Of a stretch of DNA of 64,000 nt, positions 62,001 to 64,000 are shown piece after piece. Under the pieces are notes generated by a model that did no database searches, had not been told where the DNA came from, and saw only the letters and a list, made by a program, of their open reading frames with translations. The stretch spans positions 225,060,001-225,124,000 of the forward strand of contig CM097885.1 of NCBI GenBank assembly GCA_044892525.1, in the 5' to 3' direction. Origin of the DNA: Schmidtea polychroa. Taxonomy: Eukaryota. Position numbers and translations under genes: made by a program. How positions within the stretch are numbered: position 1 is the stretch's first letter; the number at the start of each line of letters is the position of its first letter.

Positions 62001-62001
62001 A

Positions 62002-62215
62002 TATTAGATTTACGGAACCCGTCAATTTGACGGATTCAATTTTTTAAATTAAAAATACAAGAGAAATATTATTTTTTTCAATTTTTTAATGTTAGTTATT
62101 AATGATATATCACTATCCTTTTTTGTCGCCTTTTTAGTTTAGCGGAAATGTTTCAGTAAAAATAAGTATACATTTAATGTCAGTAAAACTTGTGTTAATG
62201 TCAGTAAATCTAGTG
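62002..62215. mobile_element. piggyBac-type MITE with TTAA flanks; a related single end lies at 46919
   Basis: TTAA|TATTAGATTTAC ... GTAAATCTAGTG|TTAA with the palindrome CCGTCAATTTGACGG. TTAA|CACTAGATTTAC...GAGCCAATTTGACTC occurs at 46915-46950. Confidence 0.65.
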
Positions 62216-64000
62216 TTAATAAAACGTTATTGAGTTAATCTAAAAAATAAAGATGAAGAAATCATTATTTACTTAGATATGGATCTAACTATTATAATAA
62301 TGTAACGCTTTTATATTATTCGATTTAACCATCAACAACTAAAATCATTTTCCAGTGTGCGTTAAATATGCTTTTGTCAATTCTAATTTATACATTCATT
62401 ATACACACCATAATTAAAATGAATTCCTTGATATCATATACTTTATAAGTTCTTTAATTCTTACAAACATAAGAAATGTTATCACCTATTAAACATTTTA
62501 CCTTACTAGATAATGTTTAAATTTAGATTAAAACTTTAAAACCAAATAACTAACTAGAAATAATTATAGTAGAAATTATTTCTTATATCCGAGTATATCT
62601 GGGTACTTACGCTATTAATTCTTTCCATTGTATCTTTTAAAAAACGAACGCTTTCAAGAAATATGAGAGCTGAATTATCAGAAGATTTTAATGTTGAAAT
62701 TGGGATATATGATTAAATATTGACTACATATAATTGATCACATCATATTGATTACATAGACAAATGATAATTTTTATCTTTTGACTTCCGCGCAACACCG
62801 GATATGTCAGCTAATAAGTAAATAGAGGGGAAAGCTTGATGGGGCCAAGATGAGAAACGGTAGCTTTTAAGAATCAAAATAGAAATCATTGATTTCATAG
62901 ATTTTTAAATGATATTAGACTAAATTAGGAGGTATATATATAACAGGAACTTTCAATTTTTACCTCTGATGTTTTTATAATTGACATGTTATTTATTAAA
63001 AAATTGACATTGATATTATTGGTATTAAACGATAATTTAAGACTTGCCGAGAAGTATTCAATAAAATGAAAGAATTTTCAACTTTAAAAATAGTACTTTT
63101 CAATTTATTGGTATTATTGATTTTATCAATATAAAATACAAAATAGATTTAATTTTCCCCAAATTTTTTAAAATCAATAGATAATGATCAAAATTGCTTG
63201 AAAAGACTGTCGAAAATTCGTGAATATCAAAAAAACTCGATATCTTTACTGTTTCATAGTCAATTTTTTTAATAAATATGTCTTTTGAAAAGAAATCAGA
63301 GGTAAAAATCAAAAGAAGTTCTTATTATATTATAAATATATAAAATCTGTAAAATATATTTTCTATTATCTGAGTATTTTTTATAATTTTATTTTACAAT
63401 TTTCAATTTAATTTTGATTAGAAAGGAGTGTTTTTTTTCAATTACTTTATGGAGTTTTTCAAGCTTTTCTTTGGCTAGTTTTCTATTCTGAAATCCGCCT
63501 TTTCCTTCTCCATTCTTATATAGAAAGAACAGAAAATAACTAATTAATACTATGAAAACAAATATATCCTTTGATTATAATTACAATTTAAATAAAAAAA
63601 ATTTACAGAATCCACTAACCGATAATTTTTTTTACAGTTTGAATAGAAAAAACTAATTTTTCTAAAAAATATTGGTTTCAAATTAGATTTTTCCAATATG
63701 ATTTTTAAAAAAATTTTCCATAAACAGAAAATTATTATCTTTTTTCTTATTTGCTAAATTGAAGCGCCCCGTTTTGCTTGGCGGCTGAGGCGATTGCTCC
63801 AGTTTGCCTAATAGTAGATACGGCCCTGCACACAATTGAATAATTACTGGTTGTGTAAAATGAAATTTAGATAAATTCGGTTATAAATTGAAATTATAAT
63901 ATTTCTTTCACAATAGTAAAAAAAATTTATTCTTTGTTATTGTGAAAATGTGGTACTCAACAGCTAGGATTTTATGATTTATAGCCCCGTTATTATATGA

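Noticed and set aside
62250-63520. Short minus-strand frames (for example 63100-63312, 62750-62897) as a gene
   Set aside because: Could not be joined by consistent splice phases, and no motif was recognised; left unannotated.

Overview
This is very AT-rich animal genomic DNA with five assembly gaps. The taxon cannot be established from sequence alone. The mix of 38-58 bp introns and multi-kb, transposon-filled introns fits a compact invertebrate such as a triclad flatworm, but that is inference only. Three host genes could be assembled by hand with consistent GT-AG phases. (1) An Lhx2/9 (apterous-type) LIM-homeobox gene, + strand, 1716-9374, with its first exon not located. (2) A complete 7-exon ATP12/ATPAF2 gene, - strand, 47763-42324. 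(3) The 5' seven exons of CDK10, + strand, 57844-58753. Most of the rest is transposable elements: two Penelope-like copies (one with a hammerhead-ribozyme-like motif), a nested cluster of five elements at 18.8-32.0 kb, mariner and hAT remnants, an apparently intact pogo-type transposon, and many MITEs. The nested cluster includes a near-intact Gypsy element with TAT...ATA termini, four zinc knuckles and a canonical -1 frameshift signal. Two observations stand out. First, two diverged LTR-like elements share a promoter in which a host-sized mini-intron ends in a copy of the first 25-29 nt of the predicted transcript, a geometry that could regenerate the intron during reverse transcription. Second, the pogo transposase carries a C-terminal OTU-like domain that appears catalytically dead. 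No database searches were run.
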